Under the pieces are notes generated by a model, which made no database searches, was not told the DNA's origin, and was given only the letters and a program-made list of their open reading frames with translations. Made by a program: the position numbers and the translations under genes. Below are positions 22,601-35,299 of a stretch of 64,000 nucleotides of DNA, piece by piece. Position 1 is the stretch's first letter. The number at the start of each line of letters is the position of its first letter. The stretch spans positions 20,037-84,036 of the forward strand of contig NW_025215381.1 in assembly GCF_004010195.1 (NCBI RefSeq), read 5' to 3'. This DNA comes from Chiloscyllium plagiosum (taxonomy: Eukaryota).

Positions 22601-25437
22601 ACTTTCCCTAATGGACGTGATAGCTTGAGGAGCCTTTTTTGTCTAGTAAGATGTGCTAGGTATCTGCCAGGCCTGTCGCCATATTCATATAATCTTTGCT
22701 TTGCAAATAATATTTCCCTCTTTGCTTTTGGGTAAGTGTGGTATTCAAGGCTGTCCTTAGGGCTGTGATCCTTTGTAGCTTAGTAATAGAGGGCCTATCA
22801 ACATACGCTGTTTTAGCTGCCTTCAAACGAGCCTTGAGCAGGAGCTGTTGTTCTCCCTTTTGTCTTTTCTGGGTCGCAGAATATGAGATGATCAAACTTC
22901 ACGCATAAGCGTTAATGGTCTCCCACATCATCAACGGGTTACTGGCCGTACCTGAATTAATTTCCAAAAAGGTTTTAAATTCCTGAGAAAAATATTTTAT
23001 AAATTTGCTATCCTTCATTATGAAAGAATCCATACGCCAATGTTGGGGCCCTGTCCCATCATCCCTTGTCTTAACTTCCATACATACTGCGGCATGATCA
23101 GAGATTGCTATATCTATTTTGCAGGACAATTTGGAATTCAAAAGGGTCAAGTGAGCTAACAGCATATCAATTCTAGTATGACACTTGTGTGGGTTAGAGT
23201 AGAAAATAAAGTCTCGTCCTGGGAGGTGAAAGCATCTCCACGCATCTACTAGCCCTAGCTCCTTATTCGGATCCGCCAATTGTCTAGATCTAAGAGATAT
23301 TACCCATGGTACTCTTAGGTATCCTTTCTATCTCTGAGTCCATAATACAATTAAAATCTACTCCTATAATTGTATGGCAGGCCCCAAAACCATCAACTTG
23401 GAGAACACTTCCATCACAAATTTGAAGGGGTGTGCCGGGGGGGCAATAAGTTTCAAAATTCCATACTCCCCTCCGTATATTAGGGCTTTGATTAGTATAT
23501 ACCGTCCAGACTCATCTTTTATCTTCCTTCTTTTGAAAGGAAGATTCTTCTGAATGAGAATGACCATCTCCTACTTTTTGAACTAAAAGATGAGAAAAAA
23601 GCCTGGTCAAACCCACCCTGTTGTAATTTTAAGTGCTCTTTCTCAAGTAGATGTGTCTCCTGTAAGAGAACTATATCAACCCTTTCTTATTTGAGGTTTG
23701 ATAATATCTTCTTCGTTTGATTGGTGAATTACTCCCCTTGACATTCCAGGTGCACTACCTAAGCGAATGGCTAGCCATGATCGTCCAGGCAAGCCCGAGA
23801 CCCCACAAGAGGAAGAACCCCACCCAAAACACCCTGAATAAAGACTATGGAAATTTCACAAAAGCAAAAATTATTTAAGACATTTACACCAACACAATTT
23901 AAAACTATTCCTAAGTAAAGAAAACAATATAAAACACATTTGAAAGGAGATTTTCCTGTTGCTCCCAGGGAGCATAACTACCTGTCAATAACCCCACCAT
24001 AACTTCTCCTAACTAGTGCCCTGCCCTTGGCTCAGGCAATATAAAATGGAGTAGACAAATTCGAGTGTTCTATGAAGCCAAAGTTAAAAATGAGTGACCC
24101 ACACCCCCCCCCAACACACACCAACACCTAGATGCGTTTAGCCAGTATAATACAAAATATAAATAGATAAAACTACAAAGTTACAATCACAGCAATTATT
24201 AGAAGACTAAGTAAAATGACAGATGAAGAAAATTCTGTTCTAAAAAAAGGTAGAATAAAACAAAAACCCTCCCACACAAATCGAATAAGCCACATGACCT
24301 GTAAAAAAAAAACATAGCGAATAACAGATAAGCGCCCCCCCACACTCCCCAGGGAAGATAATGAAAAAAAAAGATGAAGAAGGAAAAAAGGGTAAACCGG
24401 GTGTGGGTGGGGAGCCAAATGAAATCCTTATTCATACGGTTTAAGTCTCACACTCTATTTAAGAGAGTCCAAGAATTCTTTAGCCTTCTCTGGTGATCCA
24501 AAGTTATATACAGATCCTTCATGGCTGAAGCGCAGCGTTGCTGGGTAACATACGGAGTACTGGATATTTAGCTCTCTGAGACGCTTCTTTGCTTACTCAA
24601 ATGTTCATCTCTTGTGGACTTCAGCTGGAGAAAAATCCTGGAATAACATTATCCTGGAACCCTTTGCATCATGGCCTGGGGATCGTTCCCCAGGACAAGT
24701 GAGGCTTGCAGGAGCATCTGCTTCTCTCTATAATATTGGAGCCAGAACAGAACTGGGCGGGGGCATTGATCTGACCCAGGCCTGCGTACAGCACACGGTG
24801 GGCCCACTCCACCCGCACCTGGCCTGGTCCGGACTCCAACTTTAATATTTGTGGGAGCCATTGCTCCATAAAGTCTACAAGTTAGCCTTCCTCTTCCCGT
24901 TCGGGAAGGCCCAGCAATCGAATTTTTTTCGACAGCCCCGATTGTTGAGGTCATTGATGTGCTCTTCCCAGGTCCGGAATCGCTGCTGAAGAGTCTGGGT
25001 CCGGCCCACCGCCAACTCGGCAGCAGTCTACGAGTTTGCGGCCTTTTGCTCTGCTCCTCCGACGCACTGTTCAGGTTTTTCACCTGAACCTGGATTCCTC
25101 AATGAAGGCGTCGATCTTCTCCTGCAGCTTGATGGTCCTGGAGAGCAGGCTTGCCTCAACAGGTAGGTCCCTCGAGGCGGCCGCGGACGTCTCCGCTGCT
25201 GCTGGAGGGGGTGAGGGACTGGTCCCTGCCTGTTGAGAGCTGCGTAAATTTTTGCCCTTTGTCATTTTAAGAACAACACCAAACTGTTCAAGTTTGATGT
25301 AAAATGACTAACTATGCTGGGCAAAAGCTTTTTAAATGATTTAAAAGATGTGGTGAAGGCGGGTGCCTCACTTTGCCCGAGTCTTAGGCAGAGCACGACA
25401 GACTCAGACTTGCAGCGTCGCCGCCATCTTGAAAACT
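19684..25437 (-). mobile_element. full-length decayed L1-clade LINE (ORF1 ~25265-24455; ORF2 ~23778-20010)
   Basis: ORF1 MTKGKNLRS...YPATLRF...KEFLDSLK*. ORF2 TWNVKG, LQETH, ISDHAAV, KAPGPD, LLNVDFKIL, DQTGFIKG, YADDVLLF, CPKY..GTLTHCQWTC. 7-bp TSD ccctcat at 19677-19683 and 25438-25444. Confidence 0.92.
25421..25431 (-). promoter_or_regulatory. YY1-like motif at the L1 5' end
   Basis: Minus strand CAAGATGGCGG within about 17 nt of the element start. Confidence 0.55.
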
Positions 25438-26679
25438 CCCTCATCATTTTCTAAACTTCTACAAGGTCACCGCTCATCCTCCGACACTCCAGAGAGTATA
25501 GCTCCAGCCTATTCAGCCTTTCCCTACAGCTCAAACCCTCCAACCCTGGCAACATCTTTGTAAATCTTTAAGAATGTTTTTCATCACAGTGCAAGTGCAA
25601 CTGGAATCAATAGGTGTGTTTGTGACGGCTTTATTTTCTCAGTTCAAAGGCCTGTGAGTTGAATCAGATAACATATTCACTGATGTAGCACACAATTGCG
25701 TGTAGTATCATGAATGACCAAGTCAGAGACATATTACTCCGAGAGCCAATTCTCACATTAACCAGTCCAATAGATACTTGTGGAGCTGGCGAAGTCAGCC
25801 AGAGTTAAATGAAAGCACTGCTTCAAGATGTAGAATTACCTGTCCACAAAGAACATTATTACTCTAAGAACACTAATAAACTTTCCAGCGCCTGAGACAT
25901 GTCTTGCTCAGGGATTGGCATAACATCTCTGCCTTTCATTGGCTTTTTTGCAGTTTGATGCCTCAAACAGAACCTAATGTTTCACTTGTCTTGCCTGGTT
26001 TTTTATCGCAGACATAAACCAGGAAGCTTATCGTTGTTGTTAGCAGTGATCAATCAAGGGGCTCAACTAACAGGCACTTGGAACAGCAGCTAAAGCAGCA
26101 AACACACTGCATGTGCTTCAACCAAATGTTCACAACTCAAAGCCTCAGGGAACCACTTCTCAGTCAGGGCAAGGGAGACAGGATTCAATTAAGAAATCCT
26201 GGCACAGTATGTCCAGGGACTTTGTCATTGTTAGGGACAATAAAGATCAGGGAATCCGTGTCACTACAGTCCAGAAAGGTGGCCACACAAACTACCCATT
26301 ACATCCTCCAAATGCTCCGATAGATTTTTTGATCCTGAATTCCCATTCACCAATCCATGCTGATACTGTCCATTCCTGTCTTTGGGGATCAGTTCGATGA
26401 AATTTTCAAGCAGCTGTTCAGAGGCCCCTGCAGTAACAGTGAAGTTGGGGAAGTCAGTTCTGGGCACTGGGGACAGCCTGCTTATAGGCAGAGTGGAATT
26501 GTGGAAGGAATGGGAAAGTCACCATATTAGAGGCGGAGGGCGTCAAGTTGTGGGTTACTGTGGAAGTGCGAATCACCATCACTGTCTCAGTTTTGATGTG
26601 ATGGTTGGCATGACAATGCTCTGGGGCTGGGGCTGGGGCTAGGGCTAGGGTTAGGGGATTGGTAATGTTGTGAGGTAAA

Positions 26680-27245
26680 GCTTGTAAATGAAGGAGCTGT
26701 ATGGGAAAGTACAGAAGCTCATGAACTCGACACAATGTGCAAGGAAGAAAGGAGAGTGAGGATGTCATGTTGCAGTTTTATAAGATTTTAGTTAAGCTTC
26801 CCCGAGAGTGTTGCGTTTAATTCTGGTCGCCACTTTACAGGAAGGATGTGGAAGATGTAGAAGAGGTTTACTAGGATGCTGCTTGTATTAGAGCGTGTGA
26901 GTTATAAGGAGACTCTAGAAGAACTCAGGTTGTTTTCCTTGGAGCAGCAGAGGCTGAGGGGAGACAATGTAGAAGGCTATAAAATTATGAGATGCATAAA
27001 TAGAGTTGACAGTCAGAATCTCTTTCCCAGAATTGAAATGTCTAAAACTATAGAGCATACATTGAAGGTGAAAGTGGGAAAGTTCAGATGAGATGTGGGG
27101 CAAGGTTGTTTTCCACTGAGAGTGGTAGGTGTCTGGAGCATTATGTCAGGGGTGGTAATGGAGGCAGATATGATAGGGGTGTTTCAGGGACTTTTAGCCC
27201 CATAAGCATATGGATGTGCAAGGAATGGAGAGATATGGAGCAAGT
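26680..27245 (+). mobile_element. CR1-clade LINE 3' fragment
   Basis: SYKETLEELRLFSLEQQRLRGDNVEGYKIMRCINRVDSQNLFP (ORF 26876-27091). Confidence 0.8.
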
Positions 27246-27369
27246 GACCATCAACCAGATAGAACTGCCAGTTACTAAATATATGAAGACAGAGGTGAAT
27301 GTATTTGCAGGTATGATGGGCAGCAACCTCATCGAAACCATAGACTAGAAATCATACAGTGTCATGATT

Positions 27370-27987
27370 GTTGTCAGGAGATCTGCCACAGCCATGGAGA
27401 CCAGGGAAAGTTCTGAAGAGACTGTATTTCCCCCTGGACAGCATCACAATGCTCACCAGGTCGAGAGCAGATCAGGAAAATGCAAGCATGAGTATCTCCT
27501 TATATTGGAATCTATCTGCATTCCCAAGAATTGAGCAAATTAAAAACAGTATTGAAAGTGTCACCAATGACACCACTGAGGCCCTGACTGAGATCAATGC
27601 TGGGCTCATCGCAGTTAGAACAGTGGCCCTTCAGAAACACTTAGCCATGGATTGTCTGTTATTCAAAAGGAGAGTGGCACTTGTGCTGTTATTGGGTGGG
27701 AATGCTATACCTACATACCAGACAACCCTAAAAATGACGCCAATTTGGTGACTCATATTCACATGGAAGTCAAGAGATTTAGCTGCCCTTTTGATTCTGG
27801 GTGGTCTTTTTACCTCTCCTGGCTGAGTAAGTGGGGATCCTCCTTAGTCATTCGAGTAGTCACCTTTACTGTCATATTCCTCATACTTTGCCTCATATGG
27901 AGAACTACAGGCTATTGTTGTGCACAGTTTGTTCCTACCCATTTCCCCTCCAAAACTGGTGATTATCTTTCAGACCGTACCCCATGA
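27370..27987 (+). pseudogene. env: endogenous retrovirus env, gamma-type TM subunit, frameshifted
   Basis: Heptad NDTTEALTEINAGLIAVRTV; ISD-like ALQKHLAMDCLL; frameshift near 27660; GTCAVIGWECYTYIPDN (CX6CC with last C to Y); Trp-rich region then TM LVIRVVTFTVIFLILCLIW. Confidence 0.85.
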
Positions 27988-28112
27988 TGACCCCAGCAAT
28001 GAATAGACGTGTATGAGTATGCAACCTTTCCCAGAAGGACTTGTGCCCCCTTTTTTGGATGAACCGATATCCTAAACTTTGGTGTTGATCTGGAAAACCA
28101 ACAAGGAGGGAA

Positions 28113-28525
28113 TTATAGAAGTAGTAAGAACTTGGCATACTGCTGCATGATGGGATACTTGACCTGGCTCTCAGGCTCGCAGCTGTAGTGGAAAATACTG
28201 CTGGAGAAAAAGACTAACGTTGTGTAATTACAGATTGATGAAATATAGGGAATGTACGTTGGTCTCTCTATTTCGTGCAACATCGGGAACAAAGGGAATA
28301 GCTGCATTGTGCTTTTGTCTATCTTGAATTATTGTACTCAACATTACTTGAGTGCTGAATGTAATCTAACTAAAACAAGCAAAGATTTTGTATCATTGTA
28401 AAAATATATCAGCTCGGGAGAGTGCGTGAGACAGCGAAGACTGTGGCAGCTTGTCCATGAATTCACGAAAAATAAAGCTTCTTCAAACAAGTCTCAAATT
28501 CTCAGACGAAGTAATTTCCATAACA
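28113..28525 (+). mobile_element. probable ERV 3' LTR
   Basis: Polypurine tract aaggagggaa at 28103-28112; start ttatagaa is partly inverted to end ttccataaca (28516-28525); AATAAA at 28471. Confidence 0.6.
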
Positions 28526-28529
28526 CTCC

Positions 28530-28890
28530 TAGTTCAGATTTTTTTCAAGTTTATTTTCAGCTGGTGACCTAGAGAAGCAGCTCCAGTGAAATGAGGTTCC
28601 ATGCAACAAAAACGATCCTGGCTGACTACTCTCTGAAATTTCTCTTGCCTCTAAGAGCTTGTTTCACCAAGGGGTGTTTTTATGGGAAGATGCTAGGACT
28701 GGAACAGCTTTGTTAAATTATGATAGAATTGGTTAGGTTTTCAAATAAGGTGTTATTCTAAATTCTGTTTTCTTTTGTTTGTGTTTTATCCATAGTGTTT
28801 AAATAAATTCTGTTTTGCTTCAAACCAAGTGGTTTGACCAGCTGTGTCATTCCTGGAATATCTATCTTTCATCTGCCTAAAACAACAAAA
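28530..28890 (+). mobile_element. possible LTR-retrotransposon LTR fragment
   Basis: T-rich tract with aataaattctgttttgct resembling recalled shark LTR repeats; no termini seen. Confidence 0.35.
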
Positions 28891-28900
28891 CTATCTACGG

Positions 28901-29216
28901 AGGTGGCACCGTGGCTCAGTGGTTAGCACTGCTGCCTCACCGCACCAGAGTCCCAGCTTCAATTCCAGCCTCGGGTGACTGTACGTGTGGAGTTTGCACA
29001 TTCTCCCCGCGTCTGCATGGGTTTTCTCCGGGTGCTCCGGTTTACTCACACAGTCCAAGGAAGTGCAGGTTAGGTGAAATAGCTGTGCTAAATTGCCCAT
29101 AGTGTTAGGTGCATTAGTCAGAATGAAATGGGTCTGGGTGGCTTACTATTCGGCGGGTCAGTGTGGACTGGTTGGGCCGAAGGGCCTGTTTCCACACTGT
29201 AGGGAATCTAATCTAA
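28901..29216 (+). mobile_element. HE1-type V-SINE
   Basis: tRNA-like head gtggctcagtggttagcactgctgcc, V-domain and (atcta)n tail. Confidence 0.9.
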
Positions 29217-29224
29217 AACCTAAT

Positions 29225-29685
29225 TATGATCCCTGGCCCAAAGTGCTCCCGGACTGACACCTCAATCACTTGCCCAGCCGTAGTTCTCAAGAGAAGGTCA
29301 AGTTTTCCTCATTCTCTAACGGATGCATCAACGTACTAGATAAGAAAATTTTCTTTTCCACACTTAACAAATTCTTTTCCATTTCAGCCTGTAGCATTAT
29401 GGCAGTCCAAGTCTATGTTTGGAAATTTAAAAATCCCCTACCATTACCACCCTATTATTCTTACGAGATAACTGAGATCTCCTTACAAATTTGCTTTGCT
29501 AACTGTTGGGGGATCGACAGTACAATCTCCACAAGGTGATCATCCCTTTTTTATTTCTGAGTTCTACCCAAATAACTTCACTGGATGCACTCCCTGGAAA
29601 ACCCTCCATAAGTGCAGCCATAATATTATCCCTCATCGAGAATGCTACTCCACCTCTTCCCTTGTCACCCTTTCCATCTTTCTTA
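29225..29685 (-). mobile_element. CR1-clade LINE endonuclease-region fragment
   Basis: Reverse complement is homologous to 61060-61500 (WVELRNKKGMITL..YYR, GDFNF-like). Confidence 0.75.
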
Positions 29686-29944
29686 TATGCTACTGTACAG
29701 AGCCGAATTGCTTTAGTGACTATGAATATACAGGAAGATATTTTACGTATGAAGTATATTTCTGAAATAGAAAAAGTTATGTTGAGAAGTTGGACCCTTT
29801 AAGGGAACATTAAGTGGTGCAGGAATTGGACAAATGTAGTTGTGCAGCCAATTGATTATATAAGGAGGGCTGTTGCGGCACAGTGGTAGTGTCCCTAACT
29901 CTGAGCCAGGAGGTGTGGTTTCAAGACCAGCCCATATCACAGTG

Positions 29945-32340
29945 GAAGTGGAATTGGACGTTTTAGAATGTATGTAGGTGGATAAATCTCCTGGTCCTGA
30001 CCAGATATACCAAAGAATGCTGCAAGATGCTAGAGAAGAAATTGCTGGGGCCCTGGCTGAGATTTCTGCATCATTGTTAGGCACGAATGAGGTCCAGGAA
30101 GACTGGAAGGGAGTGAATGTCGTTCAAGATTATTCAAGAAGGGCTGCAAGGAACTATAGACCAGTAAGCTTAACATGTGCGGTGGCTAAGTTACTTGAGA
30201 AGATTCAGTAAAATAAGATATATATTTGGAAAGACATTTGGTTTGGTTAGGAATAGTCAGCATGGTTTTGCGCATGGGAGGTCATGCATCACAAATTTGT
30301 TGGGTGTTCTTTGATGAAGTGACCTGGAAGTTTGAGGGCAGGGTGGTAGACGTAATCTATATATATTTCAGTAAGGCCTTTGATAAGTTTCCACATGATA
30401 GGCTGCTCTGGAAGGTTAAATCCAGGGCAAGCTGGCAAATCAAATACAGAATTGGCTTGATGGTAAGAAGCAGAGGGTAATAGTGGAAGGATGCTTGGAG
30501 GCCTGTGACAAGTAGAGTGTCTCAGGGGTCGATGCTGGGCCCATTACTGTTTGTTATCTATATCAATAGATCAGTAGGTTTGCTGATGACGCTAAAATTG
30601 GAAGTATTATGCATAGTGAGGGACATTATCAGAAATTGCAGCAGGACCTTGGTCAGCTGGGGAAGTGTGGGGAGAAATGATAAATGGAGTTTAATATAGA
30701 TAAGTGTGATTGGGTGTCTTGATCCCAGTGTCTTGCATTTTAGAAAGTCAAATCAAGGTAGGAGTTTCATGGTGAAAGGTAGTACCTTAAGGAGTTCAGG
30801 TGCACGGTTCTCCAAAAGTGGAGTCACAGGTAGACTGGGCAGCTTTTGGCACACTGGCCTTCATCAGTCAGGGCATTGAATATAGAATTTGGAAAGTTAT
30901 GTTGCAGTTATTTAGGCCGTTGGTGAGGCCACATTTTAGGTATTGTGTTCAGTTTTGATTACCTTGTAATAGGAAGGATATTATTAAACTGGAAGGAGAG
31001 GGGAAGAAATTTACAAAGACATTGCCTCGATTCAATGGTCTGACTTATAGGGACAGGTTGGACAAGCTCAGACTGTTTTCTTTAGACCGTACGATACTGA
31101 GGTAGGAGGGACCTTTTAGAAGTTTACAATTTCATGACAGGCATGCATAGGGTGAATTCATTCAGTCTTTTTCATGGTTAGGGAATCAGGGACTAAAGGG
31201 TATCAGTTTAAGGTTAGAGTCATGGAGATATACAGCACAGAAACAGATATGTCGACCCAGATATCCCAATCCAATCTAGTCCCATCTGCCAGCACCTGGC
31301 CCATATCCCTCCAAACCCTTCCTATTCATATACCCATCCAGATGCCTTTTAAATGTTGCAATTTTATCGCCTCCACCACTTCCTCTGGCAACTCATTCCA
31401 TACATGTACCACACTCTGAGTGAAAAAGTTGTCTCTCAGGTCTCTTTTATATCATTCCCCTCTCATCCTAAATCTATAGCCTCTAGTTCTGGACTCCCAA
31501 CAGCAGGGAAAAGACTTTATCTATTTATCCTCTCCATGCCCCTCATGATTTTAGAAATCTCTAAAAGGTCACCCCTCTGCCTCCGATGCTCCAGGGAAAA
31601 CAGCGCTAGCCTATTCAACTTCTCCAGACAGTTCAAATCCTCAAACCCTGGCAACATCCTTGTAAATCTTTTTTGAACCCTTTCAAGTGTCACAACATCT
31701 TTCCTATAGAAAGGAGACTAGAATTGCACGCAATATTCCAAAAGTGGCCTAACCAACGTTCTGTACAGCCGCAACATGACCTCCCTACTCCTGTACTCAA
31801 TACTCTGACCAATAAAGGAAAGCATAAAAAATACCTTCTTCACTATCCTATCCACCTGTGACTCCACTTTTAAGGAGCTATGGACCTATACTGCAAGGTC
31901 TCTTTGTTCAGCAACACTCCCTAGGACCTTACCATTAAGTGTATAGGTCCTGCTCTGATTTGCTTTTCCAAACTGCAGCACCTCACATTTATCTAAATTA
32001 AACTCCACCTGCCACTCCTCAGCCCATTGGTCCATCTGATCTAACGGTGCCCTTCTTCACTGTCCACTACACTTCCAATTTTGGGGAAAGAATAAAAGGG
32101 AACCTGAGGGGCAACTTTTGTTATTACACAGAGAGTGATGCGCATATGGAAAGAGCTGCCAGCAGAAGTAGTTGAGGCAGATACATTAACATTTAAATGG
32201 CATTTGGAGAAATACATGGATAGAATTAGAAGGATATGGGCCAAGTGGAGGGAAATGGGGTTAGCACGGACAGATATTTTGGTCAGCATGGACCAGCTTG
32301 CACCAAAGGTCTGTCTCTGTGCTGTGGGATTCTATGATGC
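29945..32340 (+). mobile_element. CR1-clade LINE RT to 3' end (29945-31216 and 32083-32340), split by an opposite-strand CR1
   Basis: DKSPGPDQIY, NYRPVSLT, FSKAFDK, QGSMLGPLLF motifs; the sequence resumes at ggggaaagaataaaagggaacctgaggggcaactttt. Confidence 0.88.
31217..32082 (-). mobile_element. CR1-clade LINE 3' ~870 bp
   Basis: Near reverse complement of 63230-64000 plus a 3' tail. Confidence 0.88.
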
Positions 32341-33177
32341 CACGACCCAATCTCTTCAGTGATGTATCATAACATTTATGGTCAGGTGATTAGGAATTCT
32401 TTCTCAACACAAGGGCACAATCGTGGTTAGGATTTATTTGTCAGGGTTGATATGTAGTGAGTCTCAGACTTAGTCTCTTGGTGTTGGCTAAACCTCTGCC
32501 AGTTGTCACTGCAAGCTTTGCATTTCTCCAAGTCCCCCCCTAATGTTTGTGTCTAAATCTTCATTTGAGCACTTCACCAAACCAGCATTCTCAACCTCAG
32601 GCAGACAAAGAAAACGTGCCACACCTAGCTGTGCACTGTCTCCTCTTGGAAGCCAGGATGTTATTTAAGTAAATACCCTCTTCCCTCTTTCCCTTCACCT
32701 TTGTGATCACTTTCCATCCTCTATCACCTCCTGACCTTATATACTGAATTGCCCCCTTTTAGTATTGTAATTCCTTCTGTATCCCTGCCTTGTAGGACTC
32801 CAATCCTAAAATCAAATTCCCATGTTCCCTCCTGCAGCAGTGGTCATCACTGATTAGCCCTTCTTGACCCTTAGTGGAAGAAGCCCCAGTATAGAGCAGG
32901 CTCCATTCTCTTGAGAGACTTAGCTGGACAAAGAGTGCCTTGACTGTTTTCCCATGACCAACTTTTGGCACTGAAGAGGTGCGATTCCCTCATCCTAACT
33001 GTTGATGACCATTCACCTATCTGACCATATCCAAACTGCTGGGCAGTTATCACATACTGCCGCTGATCTATTCTACACGTTGACTGAAGGGTGTCACCTC
33101 GGACTTGACTGATGCCTACTCTCATTAGATTTTGAGGCATGATCAACTGATTATAAAACATGTGGCATGCTTGGCAT

Positions 33178-33262
33178 TCTGAAGAGTCACAAAACTTGAA
33201 ACATTAAATCTGTTTTTCCCTCTGCATTTATGGCTGAAGACTGCTTAGCTTTGAGTTTTCAC
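33178..33262 (+). mobile_element. very decayed PLE terminus (hammerhead remnant)
   Basis: tctgaagagtcacaaaacttgaaacattaa retains CTGAAGA...GAAAC order; otherwise degenerate. Confidence 0.35.
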
Positions 33263-33299
33263 TAAACAGCACAGCAAAACATTGACCCACTATGCTGCT

Positions 33300-33590
33300 C
33301 TGTCATTAACACTGCTCCCTCACAGCACAAGGGTCTCAGATTCAAATCCTACCTCAGTCTGTACGGAGTATTCACATTCTCCAGTGTGTGCAGGTTTTCT
33401 CTAGGTAGTCTGTTTTCTCTCACTATCCAAAGTTGTGCAGGTTAGGTGGATTGGTCATGCTAAATTGCCTATTGTATCCAGTGATGTGCAGATGGATTCG
33501 CCTAAGAAATGTAGGGATACTCTTCGGAGGGTCAGTGTGGACTTGATGAACTGAATGGCTTCCATCTATACTGTAGGGATTCTATTCTTA
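33300..33590 (+). mobile_element. decayed HE1-type V-SINE
   Basis: cactgctccctcacagc...gtgcaggttaggtggattggtcatgctaaattgcc...gtagggattcta. Confidence 0.75.
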
Positions 33591-34304
33591 TCAATGATAT
33601 TGTGATCCTTTAAAAGGGGCTAGCTGAGAGGCCAAAAGTACAAAAGGCAAAGCAAGACACCAGGGAGGTACAACAGTCTGAGCACTAAGATATCAACTGA
33701 GCTGCCTGAAATGCAGCCTAGTCCAGTCTGAGACCTGTATTCTTTTGCTCAAATTGTTCTCGGAGCATTGCAGTGCAGACAAGTGTTGAAACAAGGCAAT
33801 TGATGTGATTTAACAAAGCATAAACGTTAGTATGTGTCAGATACTACGTTGAATGCCAATGTCCACAGACATGGGGTGCATGTGGCTGTCTCCCATGGGG
33901 CATACCCTGAGAACTTAATGCCGTGTGTGTCCAAAATAGATGTCAGAAAGAGCAAGCAGCAAGCTGGTGTTGCAGATACTCACTTTTGTGTTGCAAGTTC
34001 TTAGCACGTCATTGCTTTTTGGCAGTTGGTATAATAGAAATCTATATATTAATGAGGCAAAATAAGTAATAATGTGCCTCTTGCCATTTACTAGTAATTA
34101 TCTCATCTCAGGCTCCAGGATTTGCTTGGTAAACGACAAGAAAAGCCTCACTTCACATCTAACACCATTCTTCCAAATTATTCACTACCATTGGATGAGC
34201 CCAAAAATAATCAGGTACCAAATTAAGGGAAGTCAACTGACTCCGAGCTGGCTGGCCATAGCCAGTGTACTGTTGTGAGGAGGAAGAGAGTTCCCTTGGC
34301 TATG

Positions 34305-34447
34305 ATTAGATTAGATTAGATTACTTACAGTGTGGAAACAGGCCCTTTGGCCCAACAAGTCCACACCGACCCGCCACCCACCCATTCCCCTACATTTACC
34401 CCTTTACCTAACACTACGGGCAATTTAGCATAGCCAATTCACCTGAC
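34305..34447 (-). mobile_element. HE1 SINE 3' fragment
   Basis: (gatta)n tail then cttacagtgtggaaacaggccc...ggcaatttagcatagccaattcacctgacc. Confidence 0.85.
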
Positions 34448-34696
34448 CAATGGAGATGTTAAAAAAGAAAAAAAAACAGTCAACAACGCATAAATAATTT
34501 TCTCATGGTTTATTGAGTTTGCAAAGAAACATCAGGTTAGATATGTCACATCAGTAAATTAGATAAACAAAGTATACAGCAGTGACTGAGACCAGAGGAC
34601 AAACAGACTGACGGCAAAAATGTTTTAATCCTGTTAAATTGGTGGAGTTGCATCCTGCTCTCTCAGAGATGGTAGCAAACTCTTCCCTTGACTTTG

Positions 34697-34817
34697 GGGT
34701 AAATGTAGGGGAATGGGTCTGGGTGGGTTGCTCTTCGGAGGGTCGCTGTGGACTTGTTTGGCCGAAGGGCAGTGTTTCCACACTGTAAGTAATCTAAAAA
34801 AAAGTAAGTAATCTAAT
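34697..34817 (+). mobile_element. HE1 SINE 3' fragment
   Basis: ggggtaaatgtaggggaatgggt...gtttccacactgtaagtaatctaa. Confidence 0.85.
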
Positions 34818-35299
34818 TGATCTTCCTCCTCTTCCTTTCATCTGCCTGATGATGATTGCTCAATGAAGACTGTTCAAATGAGGGACAGGCTAATGAGATT
34901 TGCTACCTACGCTGTCTGCTTGCTGAGAATTACCCTCAGAACTTTTCTCTGCCCCAACACATTATTAAATCATTTTTCCAGGGGCATGTAGTTTGCAATA
35001 TGTCAATCAATTCTCTGAACTCTTTTGATCAGTGGCCATGGGGCAACTGCATTGGAAGTACTGGAAATAGCAGCTCATATAATCCTTTGGATGCAGCTGC
35101 TTGTGGGATAGAAAGCAAGAAACAAAGGGATCATATCAGTGTTGTGGGAGGGGACAGAAGGGGGTGGTCAGGGCAGAAGTGTGGGAAATGGTGGAACATG
35201 GCTAAGATCCTCATCAATCCCAGAGTGAGTGCCTCAAATGTTTTATCTCAAGTGAGTATTCCACCAGTTTTCACTTTCTACTCCACCAGCATCTTTGAT

